From positions 9,920,001 through 9,984,000 of the forward strand of contig NW_026889779.1 of the NCBI RefSeq assembly GCF_033153115.1: 64,000 bases of DNA, in the 5' to 3' direction. How positions within the stretch are numbered: position 1 is the first letter of the stretch; the number at the start of each line of letters is the position of its first letter. The notes under the pieces are model-generated. The model ran no database searches. It saw only the letters and a program-made list of their open reading frames with translations, and was not told where the DNA came from. A program made the position numbers and the translations under genes. This document shows positions 52,712-63,800 of this stretch, piece after piece. This DNA comes from Saccostrea echinata. Taxonomy: Eukaryota.

Positions 52712-53461
52712 CAGGGTTTTTTTTAGGGGTCGTAGGGGGCCTGTAATAGGCCCCATTCCCAATGGTAAAAAGTAGGTGTTTTTCCCAATTTCATAAAAGA
52801 AAATTCCCAAAAGAGAATCAAAACAAACAAATATGGTTAAAAAATGGCTGAACTCATTAACGTTTACAGGGTTCGAAATTCACTATATACAACTCGCAAA
52901 ACGCGAGTTAGAATTCCTAAATTGCGAGTTAAAAATTAGGTAACTTGCAAAAACTTGCGAGTTGATTTTTCTTGCATTGAAACTGTAGAAAAATTATATA
53001 ATATGACAAAACACAATGCTTTTGATTTAAATCAGTAATTTAAATAAAAGCCACACTGTAGTTGTATTTTGTGTATTGTACAGTTACTTTTTCCTTAAGT
53101 TACATGTATTTAATTTATATAAATTTAACTTTATATGAAAATTGCGAGTAGTCTTATAAAATTGCGAGTTCACTTTCTTGGTACTCGCAATTATTTGCGA
53201 GTTGTAATTTTAGGGAGTTTCTAACCCTGGTTTATCAGGAATGATGTTCAAAAAAAAAATCTAAAAGGTATGCTCCAAAAACTGATTGACTGAACGTAAA
53301 ATAAGTCAATAAATACCTTGCAAATGAAAAAAAACCCTCTTATTTGAATTTATTTACAAAAATATGAAATATGATATTCTTCCCAATTTCAACCAAAAGT
53401 CGCTATTTTTCCCAAATGGAAAGGCCCAGGCCCTTGGTTTTAAGACCTAAAAAACCCCCTG
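52712..53461. mobile_element. CAGGG-ended MITE with 5-bp TSD (hAT5-like)
   Basis: CAGGGTTTTTTTTAGG / CCTAAAAAACCCCCTG. TATTC at 52707-52711 and 53462-53466. TTCCCAA subterminal repeats. Confidence 0.82.
52867..53229. mobile_element. CAGGG-ended MITE with 5-bp TSD nested in the previous element
   Basis: CAGGGTTCGAAATTC / GAGTTTCTAACCCTG. GTTTA at 52862-52866 and 53230-53234. TTGCGAGT subterminal repeats. Confidence 0.85.
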
Positions 53462-53684
53462 TATTCAATGAAGTCTAGCTCCATGTTCTACAGATAAGAG
53501 GTGTATCAAATTAATTTCAATGTTTTATGAAAAGGGGGGTTGTCATGGATGCCTACGTACCACATTTGAAGTTGTTTTTCCATTTGTTGGAAAGGCAGAG
53601 GTTGTGATTGAGAGTAATATATGGATTCAGAAAACCACAGAGTCCACAGTGTAGTGATTCAGAAAGTCAGGACACACCATTAAT

Positions 53685-54474
53685 GAAATACGGAGATAAC
53701 GAACAGAAATCAAACTCAAAAGTCCATTGATAATACAAATTGGGAGCAGAGCAAACATAGACCTCTAAAACGTCAGAGGTGGGATCAAGTGCCATGGAGG
53801 AGTAAGCATCCCCTGTTGGCTGGTCACACCTGCCATGTGCTCCTTGTCGTGATCAGGCAAATGGGAAAATCCTTAGACAATTCAGTGTGTAAATAATGAC
53901 CTAAAAATTGGTGTGAAAAACATCAGTCAGCATTCAACTTAATGATAGATTGTATTTTATGACAAAGTCAGTGTGTTGACCATAGAACTTGGGAAATGAT
54001 AACTTTAAATGAGGCTTTTGATATATCTGTTTCATCAACTTTTTTTGTCAATAGCTTGCCTTGTTTTAGAAATTGTTCGTACATAGACATGCTCTTGCAT
54101 ATCGAATCAACTAAACAACTGGGATACATAAACCTCAAATACAGGTGATAAGGGAATATTGCTGCATAAAATAGGGAAGTTGACGATAGAAAAGTTGAAG
54201 TCATCACATTTATCATAAAGTTTTGTTGTTAGGTTACCATTCATGTCTTTTACTAGTAATATATCCAAATATGGAACAGATGTGTCAGACTCTGTGGTGT
54301 TTTTTATTTCAAGTTCTCTTGGATATATCGAGTCGACATATGAATGGAAGCAACTATTGTTAATTGGTAATATCTCGTTGACATACATATCTAAATGTTG
54401 AGTTGAAGGCCACAGCAAGTGTTTTCTTCTTCTCATGTAGAAGTTTTTGAATAAATTTTGCTTCATATGAATAC
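53685..54474 (-). pseudogene. 5'-truncated Penelope-like retroelement: RT C-terminal/thumb region plus 3' end
   Basis: Across frameshifts: YSYEAKFIQKLL...AFNSTFRY(V)NEILPINN (decayed RYIDD)...IYPRELEIKNTTESDTSVPYLDI...TKLYDKCDDFNFSIVNFP..CSNIP...VYVSQL...YEQFLKQGKLLTKK. This is the typical PLE RT motif order. Confidence 0.85.
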
Positions 54475-56047
54475 AGATTCTGTGAAATCAACAGCAACAT
54501 TGAATGATACACATTGAAGGGTATATTATTCATTGTGTTTATGTAACAGTCCAGTATATAACAGTAAATATGTCAGAGATAAACAGGGTATAGTAATTTG
54601 TTTTAAAAGTGAACAAAGAAAACTAAACTAAACTATACAATTATTTAAAGGAATTTGAAATCAGAAAATGCAATTTATAGTAAATTTAATATGAATCCAA
54701 TTTCTTTTCCCTCCCAGATTTTTGTCCTTTCCTAAAGTTATAATTTCCAAAGAGGTATCTGTTACACGTTATAGAGGTCAAAATATTTTGTAGTCAAACT
54801 TAGTTGTTGCTCCTTCACTGCATATATATTTCAATATGAATGTCAATTTACATGAAGCCATCATTAATTTTTTTTTAATTGATGTACTCTGACCTTCATA
54901 TTTCAAGGAAGGTTTTTTTCAGACTTATAAATTCATTGATGTTAATTTCATTATAATGTATACAAGGAACAGCTATATATATTTAATATTTATTGCTATA
55001 AAATAATTTTTAATCTAAAAACGTGTCTTTCAGAAATGAAAAATCTTGACTTGAAAAATGATAAGGACAATCTGTATTTCCCTGGGAACAAAAAATGACA
55101 TTAAAATTTAAAGTACTGAAAAATTAGCGAGTAGGTTTGATTTTGATGGGTCAGTCAGAGTACATCAAACAAAACATTTTTTAACTGTTGACCTGATTTA
55201 GTATGATGTTTCGTTCAATAACGGTATAGATTTTTCAGTCTAAACCTGGCATAAGCATTAGATTGTAATTTTTTAGAAAATTCTACTTAACTTACTTTGT
55301 AACAATGTTTGACTTATATGTAATTACAAAGGCAGAACATTAATTTTAGCAACAATTAGAGTCAAAGTATAATTTGTAAATTAAAGGTCAATATTTAGTG
55401 TTGTAAGGAGATTTTGTTGTTAATGGAAATTATTGATTTAATTTTAAACTTAATCGTTAAAGTGCATCAGTATTTTAAAAGTTTCTGAGCTATATACCTG
55501 AATAACAGGTGTACTTTTTGTTTTTAAATTATTTAATCAAAATGAAGTAAAATGACACGTACATTATTTACAAATACATACAGTACTTATGTCGTTATGC
55601 TATGATTTGAACATGTACAGTGTAATTGCTGGTGTTCTTAATGGAGATGTTCTTTTTACCATGTACCCCTCCCCTTATTATGCTTTTAAAAAAAAATATA
55701 ATTAAGAATTATTTTCCAGTTCTTAGTGTACAATGACAGTAAAAGAACTGTTGGTGAATGACTGCTAAATAGCTCTTTTAACACTGTAGCTTATCAGGTG
55801 CATACAAGCGGCTAGTTTCTGACAAAAATTGAAATATTTTCATTTCCATACTCTAGCCCTTAATTTTATCACACATAAGTATAATCTTGTGATATTTGTA
55901 TTATATCAGTTTATGTCACCTTCAATTTTATCACATTATTTGATAATGATGGGTCTGTTTTTCTCTATGCAAATTGGATTAAAAATATACATTTGAACAC
56001 ATGAAGAAGATCAGCAGAGTATAGAGCATAGAAATAGTATTAAATAG

Positions 56048-56640
56048 TTTTCAGCTCACCTTAGCCAAAGGCTAAAGTGAGCTTTCCTGATCAAAATTTG
56101 TCTGATGTTGTTGTGAACTTTTCACAATATCCTTTTCTTCTCAAGAACCACTTGGCCAACTTAAACCAAACTTGGCACAGAGGATCCTTGGGTCATTAGG
56201 ATTCAAGATTATTCAAATAAAGGACCACACCCTCTTTAAAAGGGAGATAATAAGAATTTGTGAAAATTTGATGGCATCTTTTAAAAAACTTCTTCTCAAG
56301 AACTATGGTGCAAAAAAAGATGAAACTTAAAGCTTCATTAGATAGTTTAGAAGCAAATTTGTTCAAATCATGACCCCTGTGGGTAGGGTTGGGCCACAAT
56401 GGGTGATCAAATTTTATATAGCAATATATAGGAAAGACCTTTAAAATCTTCTTCTCATGACACATCACATATAAATATGGAAGCATCCTCTGGTAGTGTA
56501 AATTCAAGTTGTTCAACTCATGACCCCCAAGGAAAGGAAGAGCTGTGCAATAGCGATCAAAGTTTTACATAGGAATATATGGGGGAATTTTTTTTTTACA
56601 GGTCTTCTCAAGTATAAGAAAACCATGATAAGCCATAATT
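56048..56640 (+). mobile_element. older HINE copy: 5' end plus ~3 degenerate Cg170-like repeats
   Basis: AGCTCACCTTAGCCAAAGGCTAAAGTGAGCTTT start and TCAAATCATGACCCC...GGGCCACAAT units homologous to 37949-39292. A matching 3' end lies at 59509-59540. Confidence 0.8.
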
Positions 56641-57900
56641 ATAAATATTTGATTGGTGTTACTATGGTTACTACAAGTAGAATTGTTGTGAAATACATTC
56701 AAAACGTCACTACCCCTACAGTTTTGGGAATTCAATAAAAATTGGCACACATGTAGATTAATTAGGCCAGGTAAAATTAATCTTTAGATTCTCATCCCCG
56801 CCCGCCCCTCTCAAAGTGCCCCGCTCCGTTGTTTTTTATTTTGATTTTTGGGTGTCAAAAGTATTTTCATGTATTTTTATTCAGCAAGAATTTGGGTCAA
56901 AAGTTAAGAGTTATCTTACATCTGTATTAAAAGTCGCGTGGCGCTATTTATAGCAAAAAGCCATGTGAACAATGGAGAAAAATCAGCAATAAAAGCAGTT
57001 TAAATACGAAAGGAAAAGATAATTTGTCAGTAAAGAGAAGACAGAGAAGCAAAAATAACATAAAGACATCTAGATACTATCACTGGCATGAGCAAGTTTT
57101 TAAAGAGATTTCAACCAAGTAAAAACAGAAGAAGAAAATGACACCAGGACAAGTTTTAACGATCTCCTGTTGTACTTGTATGTGATTTTGCATTTAAAAA
57201 AAAGACATCGTCGGCAGACTTTAGAGAATAATAGTGCAAAGGAAATGTTAAATCTTAAAAATGTTCAGGCCTAGGCTTTCAGTTGAATATTTTACAGATT
57301 TTGCAAATATGACATATGATTTTGTTTGGCGTGTGCCGTATCTGTTTACTTGATAATTTGTTAATAGAACTATAAATATTTTAATTTTTTATAACAAGAA
57401 TCTTCTGTAGACATTTAAAGGATATGAAAACAATAAAATCTATTCATATTGGCATTAACATAATGTAAAGATTTTGTGTACGAAGAGTGTTTTGTTGATA
57501 CTTTCAATTACAAAAAATAAAAAATAAAATCCGCCCACCCGCCCCAATTTTTTAAGAAATTAGGATGAGAATCTAAATTTTAAATTTATGTGGCCTTACA
57601 CTGAGATACATAATTCTATTTATCAGTTTTTGATTTTGGTGAAATGTTGCCTTGGTTACTAAAAAAAAGAAATTTCTGTGAAATACTTTTAAAATGCTAC
57701 AACCCCCACAGTTTGGTTTGATTTTTATATAACTTGGCATGCAAATATATTACACTGAGATACATATTTGTCTTTATCAGTTTTTGATATTGATGAATGA
57801 TGTTGCCATAGTTGCTAAAAATAGAAATTTCTGTAAAATTCTTTCAAAAGGCTACTCTTCCTACAGTTTTAGTCTGATTGCAATAAATCTTGCCACAGAA
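56640..57900. repeat. degenerate ~155-bp tandem repeat interrupted by a MITE; further copies at ~60350-60650
   Basis: CTGAGATACAT at 57601 and 57755. The unit GTTGCCATRGTT...TGTGAAAT...CTAC..CTACAG recurs. Removing 56765-57598 restores ATTACACTGAGATAC. Confidence 0.7.
56765..57595. mobile_element. PIF/Harbinger-type non-autonomous element (831 bp)
   Basis: Imperfect 33-bp TIR GGCCA...TTTAGATTCTCATCC. TTA at 56762-56764 and 57596-57598. CCGCCCGCCC subterminal motifs. Confidence 0.82.
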
Positions 57901-58256
57901 AGAGACTAAACCAAGGATCATTTATATTTTATTTTTTGCTAATGCAAAGCTTCAAGTCCTACTGCTACTTTTCTCTTCCTTTGTTATAGGTACAAACCAG
58001 TAGAGCTAGAGTCTCATCAGAGACTTCTGGTTATGTATTTGTCATATAATCAAGTCTTGTCTGAAAAGTTGCTCAGAATAAATTTTTTGCAAGCTTGGTT
58101 TTCCTTAGTATGTTTCCACATGTAGTAAACAATGCTTGAAAAAAATCCTAGTTTTTAAAGAGCATACTTAGTATCAGTCCTTCATCCTTATCAGAAGACC
58201 ACATTTCTGCTTTAACATTTTTAATTGTCAAAATTTTTCCTCTTTAGTACATGGTA

Positions 58257-58388
58257 CAGTAAAACTCAGTTATAAGGACATTTTAGTTCCTTATAGCTAA
58301 AATTCTTTATATCCTTATATAAGGTGATAAAAAATCCTTATAACTAGGATATCATTATATTCGAATTCTTTATAACTGAGTTTGACTG
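58257..58388. mobile_element. pogo/Tigger-type MITE (132 bp)
   Basis: TA-CAGTAAAACTCAGTTATAA...TTATAACTGAGTTTGACTG-TA. Confidence 0.85.
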
Positions 58389-58702
58389 TATATTAGAGAC
58401 AATGCCATATAAATGTGGTTCAGGATTTAAATTTCTTTGTCTCACAAGCTTTCATTCCATTATTTATTCATGATCTAGATCTTTGATGCTGATCAGTTCT
58501 CTGTTACAGTTGGGCTGATCGCAGTAGTAACATAAAACATGTATACATGTATTTGTTGATCTTGTGTTGAAGACAGTAGTTAAATCCTGCATTTTTGATG
58601 ATCTGTACTGTACGGACTTGGATGTTCCAAAATGTAACTCCCACTGTATCCTTTTCACCTGTATACTGATGTTGTGGGATTGATTTTTACCTGTATTTCC
58701 AG

Positions 58703-58953
58703 ATACATGTATGTATCAGTAATTTCCTCTGATGCTATATCCGATCAACAACTGGAGCTGCAGTGATAGAACAGTGGATCAGTGTTCATGAAAACTTGAA
58801 AAGGTAAGATACCATACCTGTATAAATTACAAAAAAGTGTACAGAAAACATTGACAAGTATGTATATATACCAGAAAGTTTGATGAATGAAAAAGAAGGA
58901 AGTACTTGAAATGTTTGACATATAAAACCACAAACACCACTTAGGATTCAAAG
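58703..58953 (+). other. candidate 5'-UTR exon (alternative donors after 58803 and 58953)
   Basis: Acceptor TTTTTACCTGTATTTCCAG; donors AAG|GTAAGA and AAG|GTAAGT. Lies upstream of the coding exon at 62631 on the same strand. Confidence 0.35.
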
Positions 58954-59176
58954 GTAAGTGAAAAATGAATGCAATTGTACAGATCAGTGTAGTTATAGTG
59001 TTTCACTTCATCTGTCTTTATGTGTATTTGGATGTAATATGTCTATATTTATTTTATAAATTCTTTTTATAATTTACTGTTTTGAATATGTTTAAATACA
59101 GTATCTTACATATAAGTTCCACTTATAAAAAGTTTTTTGTTTACAAGCATTTGGTAGAAGGAATACTGTAGGGTTA

Positions 59177-59265
59177 TTGAACTTATATTGGTGAATATTG
59201 GCAAGAGTTGGCAGTACAAATATGCATGAGCTTGTGAGTGCCAGTATTCACTAAGATAAGTTCAA
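59177..59265. repeat. 27-bp-arm inverted repeat, relic of a palindromic (Crypton-like) element
   Basis: TTGAACTTATATTGGTGAATATTGGCA...TGCCAGTATTCACTAAGATAAGTTCAA (3 mismatches). Confidence 0.65.
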
Positions 59266-60649
59266 CTGCTGCTTTATTAAACAGCTAAATCATTTTCCCA
59301 TTAATTTATAATAATTAAATTGAATAACTCAACATTAATGAAAATTTTCCAGTATCAGTATTTAAACTAGATGCTGTCATAAGACAGTAATACCTGCACT
59401 AAGGTGTTTGCCTCTAAATACACACTCCTTCATATTTGGGTAACCAATTAAAAAGCCACAATTCTATAATTTATACGGTAAATATACAAGTCAAATCGAG
59501 CATAAAATGCTCAGGTGAACATGTGGCCCAAGGGCCTCTTATGTAAGTATTTCATATACTAAATATATTACCAGTTTGAAATTACAGAATTCAATTGATG
59601 ATGTAAATAATTTTTATTTTAAAAAGGGGGGGGATGTAAATTTTGGCCCGTAATTGGAACTTTTTAAATTTATTTTCAAAATAACATATGATTATTTTTA
59701 GTGCATAACATTTTTGATGAACTTAAAAAAATTAAGATGCCAATGAATTGATCAAATTGTGCAAACTTTTATCAGTATTTGAGTTGGCAAAAATCCTCTA
59801 CAAAACCCAAACCCAGTCGATTTTGTCATCCCCTCCAATTTGCCTGTTTTGGGGGAAAAAAAATTGCACAAGATGTACAGAAATATTCTTTGTGATTATA
59901 AAATTTGTAAACATATTATGTTACACCTTTTTGAAAATTTCTAGACCCGCACCTCACATTGGACTTGTGTCACCCTACGAGTACTAGTTTTACCATTATC
60001 ATTATTGGATTGCACATGGTGTACACATCATCATATCAGTAGGAATTAATTCATAGTGTGTTTTAATTGGATTATATTTAATGAAGTTGACAGAACCTAT
60101 GACAAGTGGCAAGTACAAGTTTAGGTATAGAATGGGGTAAAATTATCTGAAATGCAAATGATTAGGTTATAGTTTAAAAAGGGTCGAAGATCAATGGATG
60201 CCACATGCAAGTTATACATTGAAGCAAGTTCCTGGGGGTCATTTCCATTCCCTGGATATGGAAACAATCAATTTGCTTTAAATGAAATCAGAAACCCCAA
60301 AGCTGTCTTTGTATTATGACAAATTAAATGGTATAAGGGGACATTTGTTCTTTCAAAACTCTACTCCTTCTACAGCTTTGACCCTGGATTTCATTAATAC
60401 TTTGAGAAAGAGTAGACTTTACTAAGATACATAATTCTGTTTATCATTTTTGGATTTCCTTGAACACTGTTGCCATAGATAGTAAAAAAAAAGATATTTT
60501 TGTGAAATTCATTCAAACTGCTACTCCTCTTAGAGTTTTGGTTTGATTTTAATAACTTTGTGCACAATCAGCCTTTAATAATGTACATAATTCAATGTTT
60601 ATCAGTATCTGATTTCCATGAATGATGTTGCCATGGTTACAAAAAGTAG

Positions 60650-61345
60650 ATTAAAAATGCAGAAAAAATATCATTTTTTGACACCTATTTGCCCCCAAGA
60701 TAAAAATGAAAATTCCAAAAACCTTATTGCACATCTACAGGACACCATCAATCATCTTCCAAAAGATGATTAGGGTACTGCATAAAATGTAAGAAAAGTT
60801 CTGGGAACCAGGGTCTTTTTTTTGTACTAAAAAAACATCATTTTTCAACCCCCATTTGACCCCCAGAGTGAAAATGAATCTACAGGACACCACCAATCAT
60901 CTTCCAAAAGATGAATAGGCTACTGCGTAAAATGTAAGAGGGTTTCTGGGAGCCAGGTCATAGTAAAAAAAAAAAATCATTTTTCGTCTCCCAGGGTGAA
61001 AATGAAAATTCTGAAACCTTATTGCACATCTACAGGACACCACCAATCATCTTTCAAAAGATGATTAGGCTACTGTGTAAAATGTAAGAGGAGTTCTGGA
61101 AACCAGGTTTTTGTGGAAAAAACATCATTTTTTGGGGGTCCCGTTTTGCCCCTGGGGTAATATTTAAGATTCCAAAACATCATTGCACATCTACAGGACA
61201 CCATCTATCATATTCCAAAAGATAAATTTGTCACTGCTTAAATAAAAGAGGAGTTTGAGGAAGAATAAAGTGTGACAGATGGATGGACGGACGGAGCAGG
61301 GTAACAACGGTATACCCGAATTTTCTTTAGAAAGTGTGGGTATAA
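60650..61345 (-). mobile_element. second Helentron/DINE-1-like family with ~4 internal 145-161-bp repeats
   Basis: Minus-strand start TTATACCC...GGGTATA hairpin followed by (GTCC/ATCC)n. TCTACAGGACAC recurs at 60734, 60879, 61029 and 61190. Confidence 0.8.
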
Positions 61346-61561
61346 TTAAAATTGCAATATCAGAATCTGTCCTGGATGTGTTCAATTTCTCCATCATCAT
61401 TCCATTATCTCTACCAAGCATTATGATTTGCTTATTGAGGTTTTTATTTAGGCTTATAGGTACTAAATTATTAATTAATAAATTCCATTTGTGTGAAAAT
61501 AGGCACATCTTACCTAGCTGCCACTACCCATCATAAGTATTGCCATTGAGTGGATGACCAG

Positions 61562-61778
61562 GCTCCAAGACCATAAACTGAGAACAGACTTAAGTCAAAA
61601 TTTTAAATCAATATAATTTTTTAAATGATTTTGATAATGAAATAAATTTTTGTCCACGTGTATGGATTTTTGTAATAAACACACCAGCAAAGTTTCATGC
61701 ACATAAATTAATTAAAACTCAAGATATTTAAAATCAAAATTTTGACTTAAGTCTGTTCTCAGTTTATGGTCTTGAGGC
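61562..61778. mobile_element. PIF/Harbinger-type MITE (217 bp)
   Basis: ~43-bp TIR containing CAAGACCATAAACTGAGAACAGACTTAAGTCAAAATTTT. CAG at 61559-61561 and 61779-61781. Confidence 0.87.
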
Positions 61779-62300
61779 CAGATGACATTTTTTGGCTTAC
61801 AATGTGTCGTTCGATATTGAACACTCACATTCGGAATGTTAAAAGACATATTCATATACATATTGCAAACTTAGCGTTCAATAAAACACCAAAATATTGA
61901 ATGGTAAAATTCTCAAGATTTTAAGTATTTTTTTTTATTATTATTATTATAGACCAATTATAAGCTATATGTGTATAATACAAGGGAATGTTGGCTTTAA
62001 AACATTTTTACCAGGTTACCTCTATATCCTCTTACTAAGAGCTGTAAACAAGAATAATTTATATATTCACCCAGAAAATTTAATCAAGATATGTGACTTT
62101 CTGTAAAAAATATATGAGATCAGTCTACAGAATTTTGGGACAACCCTCTTATGTTTATTTGCTTATGTAATATATGTTTTTTTTTTTTAAAAATGTATGT
62201 TTGATGATGAAAACTATTCTGTGAATTTACTTGAAATGTCCAAAAATGTCTGTGATTTGTTGATAAACATAATGGTTTCGCATTTTCTGTAATTTGGAAT

Positions 62301-62541
62301 AAAATGACACAGCACTTGCACTTTCTGTTCAAGTCGGAGCATATTTTATCCATAAATAAAAATATACAAATTAGAGTGCATTTCTTAATTTAATGGTCCA
62401 TGGGAATTCACTTGATAAGCTTATATTATCCTTTGGAGATAAATGACACAGCACTTGCATTTTATGTACAAGTCAGAGCATATTTTATCCACAAAGAAAT
62501 ATATACAAATTAAAGTGCATTTCTTAATTTAATGGTCCATG
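62301..62541. repeat. direct duplication of ~100 bp, period ~140
   Basis: AAATGACACAGCACTTGCA...GTGCATTTCTTAATTTAATGGTCCATG occurs twice. Confidence 0.85.
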
Positions 62542-62664
62542 CAAAAAGATTTCTATCTTTAAAATTGGGGTCTCTTTTTCTCTCTCAATTTTACAAAAAA
62601 TTTATACTTTAATCAAAATTTTGACTGTAGATGCTGCAGAAATAGAGTTTGAAGAGTGAAAGCA

Positions 62665-62811
62665 ATGGTATCTCCATGGCGATTACGTGTAATTCCCAAC
62701 AGTCGACAGCTCTTAGTTCTGGCATGCCTTCTCTTCCTATTCTGGTGTATGACACTTTATCGGGTTTCCAATATTAATCCTGCAAGGCAGAAGGAAAGTG
62801 AAGTACTTAAG
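62665..62811 (+). CDS. probable first coding exon of a type II (signal-anchor) membrane protein, e.g. a Golgi transferase-like enzyme; gene continues beyond the window
   Basis: Acceptor TTTTGACTGTAG before 62631, GCAATGG start, 49 codons MVSPWRLRVIPNSRQ-LLVLACLLFLFWCMTLY-RVSNINPARQKESEVLK, phase-0 donor AAG|GTTAGT. Basic short tail, hydrophobic span and polar stem. Confidence 0.65.
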
Positions 62812-63011
62812 GTTAGTATCATTTACTTACATAATCAAGAGATGAAAATTCTTGCCATATTAGATATCAATAACTGTAAAATGTTGAAGGCAAATCAGTT
62901 AAAGTGAATCAATAGACCATTTTCAAATTATTTCCTCTCAAGGAATTATTTAAACAATAAAATGCTTTGGTTGTTAGTATGGGAATTAATGTTGCAGAAA
63001 AAATACAATTA

Positions 63012-63187
63012 CAGTCAAACCTCATTATCTCGAACTCGATGGGACCAAGAAAAAACTTTGAGATATCCGAGAGTTTCAGATATCGAGGGTAAAATACTTA
63101 AAGAAATATGCGGTTAGGACTTCCCAATCACTTCGACATATCCATGGTATTCGAGATATCCGTGTTTGACATACCGAAGTTCAACTG
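63012..63187. mobile_element. pogo/Tigger-type MITE (176 bp)
   Basis: TA-CAGTCAAACCTC...GAAGTTCAACTG-TA with TTCGAGATATC subterminal repeats. Confidence 0.85.
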
Positions 63188-63533
63188 TATGTAATTTTTT
63201 TCTGCAATAGCTGCGACGTTAATTCTTGTACTAACAAACAAAGAAAGACATTTTATTGTTGATATTTACATCTGTACAAATAATCATCTAAAGTAGGATT
63301 CAGCAGATTAAAAATTGTATTATTGACATGTACGTCATTGTATGTTTCATTGAGTACAGCCACTACTCAAGAAATCATTACAGGTGAAATGTTTAGTGTT
63401 GTTTATTGACTGATAAACGGCAATGGTTTTCTTAACAAATAAAGGAGAAAATATTCAGTGGATGACTGGATGTAAATAAAGTAAGAGTAATGCAATAGCT
63501 TAGACCTTAAAAAGATGGGTAACTTTCTATATA

Positions 63534-63630
63534 CAGTAAAACTTGGTTATAACGAAGTCACTGGGACCTGTGAAATCACATTATTATATCCATAATCTGT
63601 TATATCTGTATAAGGAATTCGTAAAATTTA
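63534..63630. mobile_element. left part of a pogo-type MITE related to 58257-58388
   Basis: TA-CAGTAAAACTTGGTTATAACG. Right end not within the window. Confidence 0.6.
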
Positions 63631-63634
63631 TATA

Positions 63635-63800
63635 TAGAGGATATTCAATGTTTTGTAGATGAATATGGAATTTATTTTACGAGTGGGACAGGATTTTGAT
63701 ATTTTCATGAGTGTGAAGCACGAGTGAAAATATAAAAAAATCTTGTCTCATGAGTGAAATAAATTCCATATTCATCTTCAAAACATTGAATTTTCTGTTA
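63635..63800. mobile_element. long subterminal palindrome of a Crypton-like non-autonomous element; related fragment at 47317-47350
   Basis: ~55-bp arms ATTCAATGTTTTG...GGAATTTATTT...GGGACAGGATTTT / AAAATCTTGTCTCA...AAATAAATTCCATATTCATC...CAAAACATTGAAT around TTTTCATGAGTGTGAAGCACGAGTGAAAA. The family name is tentative. Confidence 0.6.

Noticed and set aside
62120-62152. Degenerate copy of the mariner right TIR (GTCTACAGAATTTTGGGACAACCCTCTTA)
   Set aside because: No convincing partner TIR found, so no element could be delimited.
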